The position numbers and the translations under genes are program-made. Below are positions 31,398-40,173 of a stretch of DNA of 64,000 nucleotides, piece by piece; position 1 is the first letter of the stretch; every line of letters starts with the position of its first letter. The stretch spans positions 1 to 64,000 of the IMG/VR virus record IMGVR_UViG_3300048590_000360; one strand, written 5' to 3'. The stretch comes from a virus. The notes below the pieces were generated by a model that worked only from the letters and a program-made list of their open reading frames with translations, was not told the DNA's origin and did not search any database.

Positions 31398-31772
31398 CTA
31401 CACAATTTCTCTCAAGTGCCGTAAATTGCTTTCTGCCTTTTCATTTAGGTCATTCAAACTGTAAAGCAAACGAATGATTTCTTCCGTTACGCTTTCGGGC
31501 TGTTTTTCTTCCATAGCTTCTTTAAGCGTTGAAGGTTCGTCATACCTTTTAATCGTTTGCAATTTGCTTTTAGTTTCGCATACAATACCATCGTAGCGAT
31601 TTACGGCACTTTGTAACCTTTCGATAATCACATTCAATTCAGGTTGATGAACCGAAGTAGGCATATCTTCTGTTAATACTTCTGGCGCAATTTGAATTAC
31701 TTTTTCATAATGCACTTCTCCACCCTGAGTTACTTTCAGAATGTCACCGATTTTCAATTTACTTTTGTCCAT
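31398..31772 (-). CDS. hypothetical protein
   Basis: 124-aa ORF with ATG start. Confidence 0.6.
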   Translation of the reverse strand: MDKSKLKIGDILKVTQGGEVHYEKVIQIAPEVLTEDMPTSVHQPELNVIIERLQSAVNRYDGIVCETKSKLQTIKRYDEPSTLKEAMEEKQPESVTEEIIRLLYSLNDLNEKAESNLRHLREIV

Positions 31773-31842
31773 ATTTTTTTAATTAAAATTGTTATCAAAA
31801 ACTGCCACCAGCTGTATAAACCGCAGGTACCGGATAGAATAC

Positions 31843-32052
31843 TCATTGTATCTCCCTCCATTCCTCTGGTGGCGTATCATTCACCATGGTTTCAATCTCA
31901 GCAGCAGGGGGGATGATAACCTCAGTGTCCCCTTGCCGGATGTCAACTGACCCATTACTACCGATGTAGTGTTGTTCTGTTATTCGTACCAGTACCGGTA
32001 CAGGTACAACAACGGTGTACCATTTGGTTACTATAAAGTTATTCTTCGTCAT
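31843..32052 (-). CDS. hypothetical protein
   Basis: 69-aa ORF with ATG start. Overlaps the upstream gene end by 14 nt. Confidence 0.45.
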   Translation of the reverse strand: MTKNNFIVTKWYTVVVPVPVLVRITEQHYIGSNGSVDIRQGDTEVIIPPAAEIETMVNDTPPEEWREIQ

Positions 32053-32539
32053 GTGGTTTATGTTGTAGGTGTTGGAATAAGAATTTTTGTGCAGGGTTTC
32101 TTCCCCATATGAAGGGATAGAATTTTACGTTATGCTTTTTGATGGTCTGATTGTATTCTATTGCAGAAGTGACTAACGACTGAAGCATTTTACCGTATTC
32201 TGTATTCCATGGATTGGGTTTCTTTGCATTAATCCAAGATATAGGATGTAGTAGTGACGTATAGATGACTACGTTGCGTTTGTGTGTTTTGGCGAAGTTT
32301 ATCGCCCATATACAGGCAAGATACTCATAGATTTTTAGTCCACCGGTATATAATCGTGGGGAATGGTATAGTATCTTTTTATTGGTAGTAACAATAAACC
32401 ACCCTGTTTTATACTTAGTGTGGAATGTAGCATCTACATAGATGGCATTTTTAACAGGTTCCATGCCGTATCTGTGTAGTTGTGTTGCTACTTGTCTTTC
32501 TGTGAGTGGTATTCTATCGTGTCTTATTCGTTTAGTCAC
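32039..32539 (-). CDS. hypothetical protein, weak RNase H-like resemblance
   Basis: 166 aa with a GTG start in a GTGA overlap with the upstream gene. AIYVDA ... YEYLACIWAINFA ... VVIYTS loosely recalls RNase HI D-E-D spacing, but the third acidic residue is not obvious. Confidence 0.35.
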   Translation of the reverse strand: MTKRIRHDRIPLTERQVATQLHRYGMEPVKNAIYVDATFHTKYKTGWFIVTTNKKILYHSPRLYTGGLKIYEYLACIWAINFAKTHKRNVVIYTSLLHPISWINAKKPNPWNTEYGKMLQSLVTSAIEYNQTIKKHNVKFYPFIWGRNPAQKFLFQHLQHKPHDEE

Positions 32540-32808
32540 AATGTCCAGTATTTTAGTTCGTAGAATTTATCTTGTTTCTTTGGATTAAAGGGTGTAAAGG
32601 TTGGAGGTTTAAACCATTCAACTTTGACTTGTGGTACAAAGTCTCTAAACGCCTTTTCCAAGCTTTTTCGTTTGATATAGCTTCGGTATGTTTGTATATT
32701 GATTCCTTCAATTTTTCTTCTAATTGATTCGTTTCGTTGTTCAATTTGTTGTATTGAATTACGATATCGTTCAATTCTTTCTCTAATTGATTGCTCATGC
32801 GCTGTCAT
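32536..32808 (-). CDS. hypothetical protein
   Basis: 90-aa ORF with ATG start, coupled to the downstream gene. A second long frame (32553..32798) overlaps it. Confidence 0.45.
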   Translation of the reverse strand: MTAHEQSIRERIERYRNSIQQIEQRNESIRRKIEGINIQTYRSYIKRKSLEKAFRDFVPQVKVEWFKPPTFTPFNPKKQDKFYELKYWTL

Positions 32809-32828
32809 ACGTTATGTATTCTGAAAGG

Positions 32829-33422
32829 TTACATTTTTTTCACCAGGAGGCATATATCTTTTGTCCTGATACAGTACATGAGTTTGTTTTCGATGTAAAT
32901 GGCGTACATTCTGTTTGGTTTAAATACTACCGTGTCGTATTGTTCTACGCCTTGCGCCATCATAGATTCATCTATGTGGATAATCGTGCCAAACATATCC
33001 TTTCTATCGTCTTTATGCACCAATGTAAGCCCTTTGTGTTCGGTGTCCTTTTTTATTTCTTGAACCAAGTTCCATCCCTGTTGCATGTGTATGAATCCTG
33101 ATCGTACTTTGCAATAGATATTTTCATAGATTACTTTGTACGTTCCGTCGTCTTGTTTTTTGTCTATAGTAGTGTGGTTTACATATACTATATCGCCAAT
33201 TTCTATATCAATTTTCCGTTCAAAAGCACCTTCAGGGCATGTCATCCTTGGCAGAGACATTACAACTGCTTTCTGGACACAGTTTTCTTCAGCGTATGGT
33301 CTGAAGGAAGTGTCTTTGAAGATTGAGATGTTACCGAGTTGAATAGTTTCGTTTTGGGTTTTCTCCATTTTAACGCCTACATAGTTATATAGGGGTTGGA
33401 TTTTTGGGATATTAGATTCCAT
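32829..33422 (-). CDS. hypothetical protein (start 33422 or 33368)
   Basis: 197-aa ORF. ATG 33422 overlaps the upstream gene by 46 nt. The alternative ATG 33368 avoids the overlap. Confidence 0.6.
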   Translation of the reverse strand: MESNIPKIQPLYNYVGVKMEKTQNETIQLGNISIFKDTSFRPYAEENCVQKAVVMSLPRMTCPEGAFERKIDIEIGDIVYVNHTTIDKKQDDGTYKVIYENIYCKVRSGFIHMQQGWNLVQEIKKDTEHKGLTLVHKDDRKDMFGTIIHIDESMMAQGVEQYDTVVFKPNRMYAIYIENKLMYCIRTKDICLLVKKM

Positions 33423-34063
33423 TGTATTTTATCTTGTTCAATTATTTCCGGCGCTTCAGTGACTCTTGATACGTTTTGAGATATATAGTGGTGTGCATAT
33501 AGACCTTTTACAAGGCATTGTTGGTATCCGAGTTGTCTTGCAAGGTCGAATATCCAATTATCCCCGAACCATATTTTTAACGTCTCAGGAATAGGGAACA
33601 CGAATTCTAATAGCGTTTGGTCAAGGACTAAGAATACTCCTGGTATTCCCCCATCTACATTTATGAGTTGGATGTTCTTTGTATCCGCTTCGTTGAACTT
33701 TTCTACATGGCACCACGTGGGGCATGGGACGGTCATAGGGTTTTCTTTTTCTACTTTATTCAATACTTTAAGCCAATCGGGATGAAGTACTAAGTCTGAA
33801 TTCATTATGCAACATCTTTCGTATTTATTTACCAATGCGAAATCCATTATTTGGTTCCATGCTGGGTTAACGTATATGTTTTGTGGGTTAATGATAAGGT
33901 GTACGTTGTCTCTTTCACTGTAATCCATAAGCATAGATAACATGTCATGTTCGCACCCGTTACTTATTAGTAATAAGTCTGCACCGGCAGATAGGACGCT
34001 TTCTATCGCTTCACGGGTATGTTTTAAACCGTATAAACAGGGTATGCCGACTATAGTGTTCAA
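33377..34063 (-). CDS. glycosyltransferase family 2-like protein
   Basis: 228 aa. N-terminal NTIVGIPCLYGLKHTREAIESV (GT-A beta1-alpha1 pattern) and CCIMNSDLVLHPDW. TTG start directly after the upstream stop. Confidence 0.55.
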   Translation of the reverse strand: MNTIVGIPCLYGLKHTREAIESVLSAGADLLLISNGCEHDMLSMLMDYSERDNVHLIINPQNIYVNPAWNQIMDFALVNKYERCCIMNSDLVLHPDWLKVLNKVEKENPMTVPCPTWCHVEKFNEADTKNIQLINVDGGIPGVFLVLDQTLLEFVFPIPETLKIWFGDNWIFDLARQLGYQQCLVKGLYAHHYISQNVSRVTEAPEIIEQDKIQWNLISQKSNPYITM

Positions 34064-34774
34064 TTAAGGATACACTTCAATGATGAAAGTAGTATTTAAT
34101 AATACTCCGTTTTGCAAACTAAACGCTATTTCTCCATATTTATACGTTTCTATATTAATATGTGTAGCAGTCATCCCATGTGTAACTAATCCTGTGGATA
34201 CGCCTCCACCAATGGTTACAATCGTTTTTGTTACGTCAAAAGTACCTAAGTATCGGTATTGGCCTACACTACCATACGTATAAGAACGGCTACCTTCTAA
34301 TGTATCTTCTAACACTTCTGCTGTAGGGGCATTTGTGCCTGATTGAGTAATTAATGCTTTATATCTTCTTACCACGCCAACTGCCGAAAGTACTGCATCA
34401 AGGTCAATGGCGTAAATGTATTCTTTACCGTTAATATCTTGTACTACTGACCTTGTGGCATCCCTGTAATCTTCTGTTACAGAAACAATGTCTTTCGTGT
34501 CTATTCTGTAGTTAGTGTCCTTACCGATTAAGTCACTACCAATGCCTACAATAGTGCCTGAGAGTGTTTTGTCCCATTCCGGACGGTACAGTACGTCTAA
34601 TCCCGTTCCGCTTAATGTCAGCGTCCGTGATTCATTCGCAAAGGCATACACTATATCGGTATTAGTGGCACCTTCAGTTACGTTAAGGATTCGCGCCTTG
34701 TTAAGCAGAATACGTGTAGAATCTATCGTTTGATTCCCTACTGCCAGTAATGTTGCATCAAGTAAATTTGCCAT
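34064..34774 (-). CDS. hypothetical virion structural protein
   Basis: 236-aa Thr/Gly/Val-rich ORF in the structural block. Confidence 0.6.
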   Translation of the reverse strand: MANLLDATLLAVGNQTIDSTRILLNKARILNVTEGATNTDIVYAFANESRTLTLSGTGLDVLYRPEWDKTLSGTIVGIGSDLIGKDTNYRIDTKDIVSVTEDYRDATRSVVQDINGKEYIYAIDLDAVLSAVGVVRRYKALITQSGTNAPTAEVLEDTLEGSRSYTYGSVGQYRYLGTFDVTKTIVTIGGGVSTGLVTHGMTATHINIETYKYGEIAFSLQNGVLLNTTFIIEVYP

Positions 34775-34776
34775 GA

Positions 34777-35052
34777 TTATAGTTTTATAAAGTCTTTAGT
34801 GCTGTTGAAAGTTAATTCTAAACCGTCGGTTCCTTCGTTAATTGATTTGTAAAGGTAGTCTTGTTCTCCAATTTTCACCCATATAACATAGCGAAGAATA
34901 CCGAATTCCTTGTGGTGGTCAATATCTGTAGTAATCGCTGATACAATGGCGCGGCCATGTCCCCCTAAATTCACTAACCCACCAACCTTGTAATTGGCAG
35001 ATTCACCCCATTTGATACGGATAATACTATTGGAAACTACTTCACTTTTCAT
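34777..35052 (-). CDS. hypothetical protein
   Basis: 91-aa ORF with ATG start. Confidence 0.55.
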   Translation of the reverse strand: MKSEVVSNSIIRIKWGESANYKVGGLVNLGGHGRAIVSAITTDIDHHKEFGILRYVIWVKIGEQDYLYKSINEGTDGLELTFNSTKDFIKL

Positions 35053-35954
35053 TTCTTTAACTTCTTTTTACGTAGATCATTGTCCTTCGGTGAGGACTTA
35101 TCTAATGCACCAACCTTATCTTTGAAATTACGAATTTTATAGTTTCCACCAATTCCAGAAATATCCTCAGCACGCCAATATCCACCAACACCACCAGATG
35201 TATCACCTTTACTCCTATATGTATCCCCACGGTATTGTCCTGTTTTATCCGTACCTGAGATGTTTTTCTTTCCTGAACCTTTTTCGTACAGTTGCCCCCC
35301 TGTATCTATACGACGGGTTGAATTTAGATTAGATAGACCATTACCTGAATTAATTTTAAATTTACTCTTAGACTTTGTGAAACCCCCTTGTCCATCAGGA
35401 CGAAAAGATGCTACTTTGATTTTTTTAAGTCCCCCTCGTTTGTTTTTAATCAAAGTCACTCTGTTATATCCCTTCCTATCCCTTACTTTAGTCCCTTCTT
35501 CTCCACCTTTGGCCTTACCTCCCGTGTCTAATGTCTCATCCTCTTTGGCCTTAACTGTGGTCGTTCGTCTTTTAAAGACTTTATTGAGAATGTTTCTTTT
35601 TCCATAATATGCTGTCGTTTTATGGGATGTACCCGTTTCTCCTGTAGTGGATGAACCTGACTTATCCCCTTTGGGTTGTTCGTCCTTCATGTTTCGGATA
35701 ATATTTGCAGTCCCCGTCGTGAAACCGTATTTCCCAGCAGTTTCCTTTTCAAGTGTTTCAGACTGGTCTTTCTTTAATCCCCCAGCGTATGTCTCACTAC
35801 CTTTATGTTTACTTGAACCATCTTTCTGGCCTATAATAACATTTACGTTCAGGTCTTTCTCTTGTTTACCTTCTCCTTGTGCAGTACTTTTAACACTACT
35901 TTCTACATATCCGTATGTAGTTCTGCGCTTATTCCTTTTTCTCAGCCTGTCCAT
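35049..35954 (-). CDS. highly basic Gly/Lys/Thr-rich protein (possible internal or DNA-associated virion protein)
   Basis: 301-aa low-complexity K/R/G-rich ORF. TATCTTTG box 15 nt upstream. Confidence 0.6.
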   Translation of the reverse strand: MDRLRKRNKRRTTYGYVESSVKSTAQGEGKQEKDLNVNVIIGQKDGSSKHKGSETYAGGLKKDQSETLEKETAGKYGFTTGTANIIRNMKDEQPKGDKSGSSTTGETGTSHKTTAYYGKRNILNKVFKRRTTTVKAKEDETLDTGGKAKGGEEGTKVRDRKGYNRVTLIKNKRGGLKKIKVASFRPDGQGGFTKSKSKFKINSGNGLSNLNSTRRIDTGGQLYEKGSGKKNISGTDKTGQYRGDTYRSKGDTSGGVGGYWRAEDISGIGGNYKIRNFKDKVGALDKSSPKDNDLRKKKLKK

Positions 35955-35969
35955 AAATGATAATTTTTA

Positions 35970-35977
35970 CAAAGATA
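35970..35977 (-). promoter_or_regulatory. -7 promoter box (rc TATCTTTG)
   Basis: 15 nt upstream of ATG 35954, in the 35-nt gap after the terminase stop. Confidence 0.45.
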
Positions 35978-35989
35978 ACATTTTTTGTT

Positions 35990-38080
35990 TCACCTTATTC
36001 TTCGTTTAGTGAATAATGGTTTGGGTTTTGTTCCTTCCTTCATTGATTGTGAAATCTTTTTTCTGGTAAAGTCTTTGGCACCAATATAGGCTAACATAGA
36101 TGCTACCGTTAAGTCATACTTAGTCCAATCTCCAGGTTCAAATTTTAACCAATCATGTAGTAAATCTTCCAAACTACAAGTTCCGTTAAGACTGCGTACT
36201 ATATCTACTTCAGGGATACCTAATTTAGTTAATTGTGTTTCTATAGTTATTTCTCCAATAAAATCATGGATATACCCATGTAGTCTATCCATCAATGTCT
36301 CTCTGACAAACTCTCCTGCTGTACTAATCCCTTCAACGGGTTTTGATGCTTTGTCTCTATTGAGTATTGATTGTTTTGTTTTTTTTATAAATCCCCCGTG
36401 TCCGGATTCCCGAAGGTAATTAATAAGTCCTGGCTTTTGGTTTTCTATGAGTAAGTCCCAAGAATAGAACATTGCTACTTTCAACGCATCATCCCAAAAA
36501 AGTTTCGGGGTTTCTCTCCTGTAACAGTATGAGAACACGAAACAGTTACTTTTGAATATATCCATTGGTTCATAAGCTCTAAACCCTACAATCGCAGCGT
36601 TAGACCTTCTTGTATCTACAGTGGTTTTATGGTCGAATGGGTCAACACCTATACATCCTGATTCTGTAAATTTAGGTTTCCTTCCTGTCATATCCTGTGT
36701 GAAACAGTTTCTGTCTTGTGGTAATGGCATCCACCCCACTTTGAATAATCCTTCAGAATCGTCCACAAATCTTACTACAGTTCTTTCGTCATTTTCAAAT
36801 AGAAAATTTCCTACTCTATAAGGAACCGATACAACTGAGGCATTGTGTTCCAACTGTTCGTATATCTTATCAGCAGGAAACCCCTCACCTTTACTGTCAA
36901 GGATAAATGCTTCCATGACGTTTGTAGGGTATTTTCTCTTTTCCTCATTGAGTTTTGTACCTGTTAGTTTAGTTCTTTTGCTTTTAAGATAGTCCAAGGC
37001 ACCAATGGTTTCCGTTTCTCCTTCATTGTTAGTGAATGGTTTTAATGGTGTTTCAATTACTGAATATCCATATTCATCAATGAATCCACTTAGTCCGTGT
37101 TGCGCTGGTTTGAAGTATCTGTATAATCCTGAAATAGTCCTTCCATCGTCTTTCCTATTGTTTGCGTCTGAATCCCTCCATAGATTTGCAACAGGTTCAC
37201 CCCCTGCCCTGTTTGTTTCTTCTACAGTAGATGAAAGGTATGCTTTACCTACAATGGTTTTTCCAACTTCTAAGCATGGTTTCAAAATGTACCACCGTGA
37301 TTCTGGGTTTGCATTTGATGGTTTTCCTATCTCATCCTGATAGTTCCTGAATTGTCGTGTTCCATCGTATGCTTCTTCTTTAGATGATTCATAATCAATG
37401 AAACTATTAAGTACGTTTTTGTAGGTTTTCTTTTCGCCTTTTGTGCTTCTGCGTGCGGGTTCTTCAAACTTTAATGCTTTTTGTGGTGAAGTCTGCCCTG
37501 AGTCAATAGGTTTCCAAAAGTCAGGTAATTTCTTCCAACTTTTTACCATCTTCAGGAAGATACGTAAAGCATCAATGTCTGTCTTAGATTGAATCCCTGA
37601 TTGCTCATCCTTCACTAAGGACGTTGCTTCATATAGGATACATGAACCTTTATATGTTTTTCCTGAACGTCTATCGGAAATGAATAATAATCCGTAACAG
37701 TTTTTATCTTTAACACATAAGTCCCAAACGTAAAAGAAGTCTCTGTCAGATTCGCGCCATTCCGGAAGGTCTTTGCCAATGTACCAATATGTGAGGTAAA
37801 AATAATGTAACCCTGTTATGTATTCTATCTTCCCATTATTATAAAAGAAGATACCGTTTTTTCTTCTGTCAAGTTCCCTAATGTATAACTGTTCTTGTTC
37901 TTGTACTGATAAGGCATTCCAACGGAGATGGTCTTTCGGTGCTTTCCACTTGTGATTGTACTTTTGGTTAGAATTAAGGATTTGAGAAACTTCTGGTGGT
38001 TCTGGTAGGTGTATTTTGTATTTATACCCTGTCCCATCGTCAATCTCCCTGATTTTTTTAAAATCCTTAACCGATTCCAT
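35990..38080 (-). CDS. terL: terminase large subunit
   Basis: 696 aa. Walker A-like SDRRSGKT, Walker B-like NYQDEIG, and nuclease-domain motif CIGVDPFDH. Confidence 0.85.
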   Translation of the reverse strand: MESVKDFKKIREIDDGTGYKYKIHLPEPPEVSQILNSNQKYNHKWKAPKDHLRWNALSVQEQEQLYIRELDRRKNGIFFYNNGKIEYITGLHYFYLTYWYIGKDLPEWRESDRDFFYVWDLCVKDKNCYGLLFISDRRSGKTYKGSCILYEATSLVKDEQSGIQSKTDIDALRIFLKMVKSWKKLPDFWKPIDSGQTSPQKALKFEEPARRSTKGEKKTYKNVLNSFIDYESSKEEAYDGTRQFRNYQDEIGKPSNANPESRWYILKPCLEVGKTIVGKAYLSSTVEETNRAGGEPVANLWRDSDANNRKDDGRTISGLYRYFKPAQHGLSGFIDEYGYSVIETPLKPFTNNEGETETIGALDYLKSKRTKLTGTKLNEEKRKYPTNVMEAFILDSKGEGFPADKIYEQLEHNASVVSVPYRVGNFLFENDERTVVRFVDDSEGLFKVGWMPLPQDRNCFTQDMTGRKPKFTESGCIGVDPFDHKTTVDTRRSNAAIVGFRAYEPMDIFKSNCFVFSYCYRRETPKLFWDDALKVAMFYSWDLLIENQKPGLINYLRESGHGGFIKKTKQSILNRDKASKPVEGISTAGEFVRETLMDRLHGYIHDFIGEITIETQLTKLGIPEVDIVRSLNGTCSLEDLLHDWLKFEPGDWTKYDLTVASMLAYIGAKDFTRKKISQSMKEGTKPKPLFTKRRIR

Positions 38081-38463
38081 TAGACGTATTTTTCAAGGAA
38101 TGTCCCTGCATCGTTGTTTTGATTCCCTAATTGTGCTGAAGTATCTGGTGTGAGTTCCTTTTCAAGTAACTTCATTGTTTCAATCATCTTAGGCATCTTA
38201 TCAATGAGAATCATCACTCTGTCGAATGCTTTATCTGAACTTTTAGTTAAGGATGTATATGACAATAAATCAACTTCTTGTTCTTCCCCTTCATTGGATA
38301 TTGTTACAGGGTTATTAAGTAGTTCTCCTAATGCGTCTAATTGTTTTCTGAGTCCGTTGTATAACGAACCCATTGAACTTATCGCTGATAGGTTTCTAAT
38401 GTGTAGAATCAGGATGTCAATATATTCCTGATCTGAACATTTTGGTGGCCGTTTAATGTTCAT
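38080..38463 (-). CDS. hypothetical protein (small terminase subunit by position only)
   Basis: 127-aa ORF whose stop overlaps the terL ATG. Confidence 0.35.
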   Translation of the reverse strand: MNIKRPPKCSDQEYIDILILHIRNLSAISSMGSLYNGLRKQLDALGELLNNPVTISNEGEEQEVDLLSYTSLTKSSDKAFDRVMILIDKMPKMIETMKLLEKELTPDTSAQLGNQNNDAGTFLEKYV

Positions 38464-38767
38464 CTTCTGTAATGATTACACCATAAGCGTCTATCTGCCG
38501 GATTAGTTTAAAATCTTTGGTCCCGTCACCTAAGTCCAATGCAATATTGTATGTGTTGTTTTTGTTGTACGCCAATATTTCACCGTCATTAACTTGTCTG
38601 GTGTATTGTCCGTACCCTTCACCGGCACTGAGTACTTTTCCCACACTGGGATATATTGTTTCCTCTGCTGTTTCAGGGATAATAATGCCTGAACGTGTTT
38701 TTCTTTCGTTTACTACAGGGTCTATCAGAATGTAGTCGTTAAGTGCTTTGAATGATTTGATTCTCAT
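38453..38767 (-). CDS. GroES-like co-chaperonin
   Basis: 104 aa. KALNDYILIDPVVNERKTRSGIIIPETAEE...GKVLSAGEG parallels the GroES pattern (PL-DRVLV...KT-GGI-LP...G-V-AVG-G). Confidence 0.65.
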   Translation of the reverse strand: MRIKSFKALNDYILIDPVVNERKTRSGIIIPETAEETIYPSVGKVLSAGEGYGQYTRQVNDGEILAYNKNNTYNIALDLGDGTKDFKLIRQIDAYGVIITEDEH

Positions 38768-40173
38768 TTTTGTGAATTATAGTGGTAAAAATATACCGGT
38801 TTATTTATGTGTACTGCTGTTTTAATTAACTTGGAATTCTTTAAATTTAGTAACTGTTGAACGTCGCTACCGTTATCTGCTCTTTGTTTCCTGCCCCCAC
38901 CATTACCCCAAATAACAGGAAAAGGTACCTGAAGCATGTATTTTCTTTTGATAGCGCACAGATGACCGGGACTCTTTTTCATTATCTTTAATCCCGTATT
39001 GCAGTCCTCATTCTCATAAAACTGTCCTCTGTCAGTGGAAGGGTCATGCTGATAGATGATGTGTGAATATAGTTTATCATCAATGAATGTTTTTGCTTCA
39101 ATAGTAACACAATCAACGTCTGGGTTTGCCTCTATCTTTTCAATGATTTGAGTTAAATAATCATTAGTAATAATATCGTCATCATCAATAGATATAACGT
39201 ATTCAGCGTTAGACCGAATGGTACACTTGTTTCTTTTTCCTCCGATTGGTATTAATCCCCCGTCCCTTTCAATAATTAGTTGAACTTTATCCGCTAATCC
39301 GTTACGGGCAATTTGTGTATTAAGTATTGATATTAATGTGGAAAATTCTTTTACTCTGGATTGTATTGTAGCAATACACACAGCTAACATGTATTTATGT
39401 TCTAATTCTTTACAAGCCAATGACTGCATGATAGTTTTCATGGTGTTATGGTCATATTCAGCCCGTATTGATTCCATCATATCTTCAGAAGATTTGTTCT
39501 TTAAAGACTCCTTCGGGAATTTTCGTTCACCGGTTTCCTGAATGTATGTTGGATTGATTAATTTGTATGGTTTAGGTACCACTGTTTTTTCATTACTAAC
39601 ATAGTTTCTAATATTGCTTTTATGGACGTGGTATGATTTGATAGAACACGAAGGGTTTTCTACTTTGTATCCTACTGATTCTATTTCATAGGCTATACGG
39701 TTATCGCATCCTGGCATTCCGAAGTGAAAGTCTCCTTTAACATCCCTTATTACACCCCTGAATATCCAACAATCCTGACTATCCCAAGAAGCATGATGTT
39801 TGATTTCATTACCGTTTACGTCCCAACGGGATAAAGCAAAACATCTATCTTTCGTTAGGTATGCGTTAATCAATTTTAAATCTTCGTCTTTGAAGTAAAT
39901 ATCTGCATTAGCAATTATTGTTATTGTGTTTGCATCAGGCATGGTGTCACAGGCTACACGGAATGCGTCGTTATATGTTGGCCTTGAATCTAATTTTTTG
40001 ATTCTAATTTTCGGGGATGAAACATTAGTCACGTCTTCGTCAACAATCAATACTATTAAGTCAATAAGTTCTGTCGCTGAATTTTCTGCAAGAACTTTCA
40101 GAATCTCATAATTTCGTTCTTTGTTTGAGTCTTTATAAAAGGGGACAATGAGTTGTATTGTGCTATTAATCAT
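38764..40173 (-). CDS. two-domain glycosyltransferase-like protein (C-terminal GT2)
   Basis: 469 aa. The second half has AVCIATIQSRVKEFSTLISIL ... YVISIDDDDII (GT-A DxD). The N-terminal half has a similar IVPFYKD...LIVDED layout. Confidence 0.6.
   Translation of the reverse strand: MINSTIQLIVPFYKDSNKERNYEILKVLAENSATELIDLIVLIVDEDVTNVSSPKIRIKKLDSRPTYNDAFRVACDTMPDANTITIIANADIYFKDEDLKLINAYLTKDRCFALSRWDVNGNEIKHHASWDSQDCWIFRGVIRDVKGDFHFGMPGCDNRIAYEIESVGYKVENPSCSIKSYHVHKSNIRNYVSNEKTVVPKPYKLINPTYIQETGERKFPKESLKNKSSEDMMESIRAEYDHNTMKTIMQSLACKELEHKYMLAVCIATIQSRVKEFSTLISILNTQIARNGLADKVQLIIERDGGLIPIGGKRNKCTIRSNAEYVISIDDDDIITNDYLTQIIEKIEANPDVDCVTIEAKTFIDDKLYSHIIYQHDPSTDRGQFYENEDCNTGLKIMKKSPGHLCAIKRKYMLQVPFPVIWGNGGGRKQRADNGSDVQQLLNLKNSKLIKTAVHINKPVYFYHYNSQK

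Larger units (their letters stand above)
26032..31400 (-). mobile_element. integron-like cassette array B (small ORFs separated by attC-like repeats)
   Basis: See the repeat features and findings. About 16 co-oriented small ORFs. The array ends at the GTTATCG core fused to the 87-bp repeat. Confidence 0.4.
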
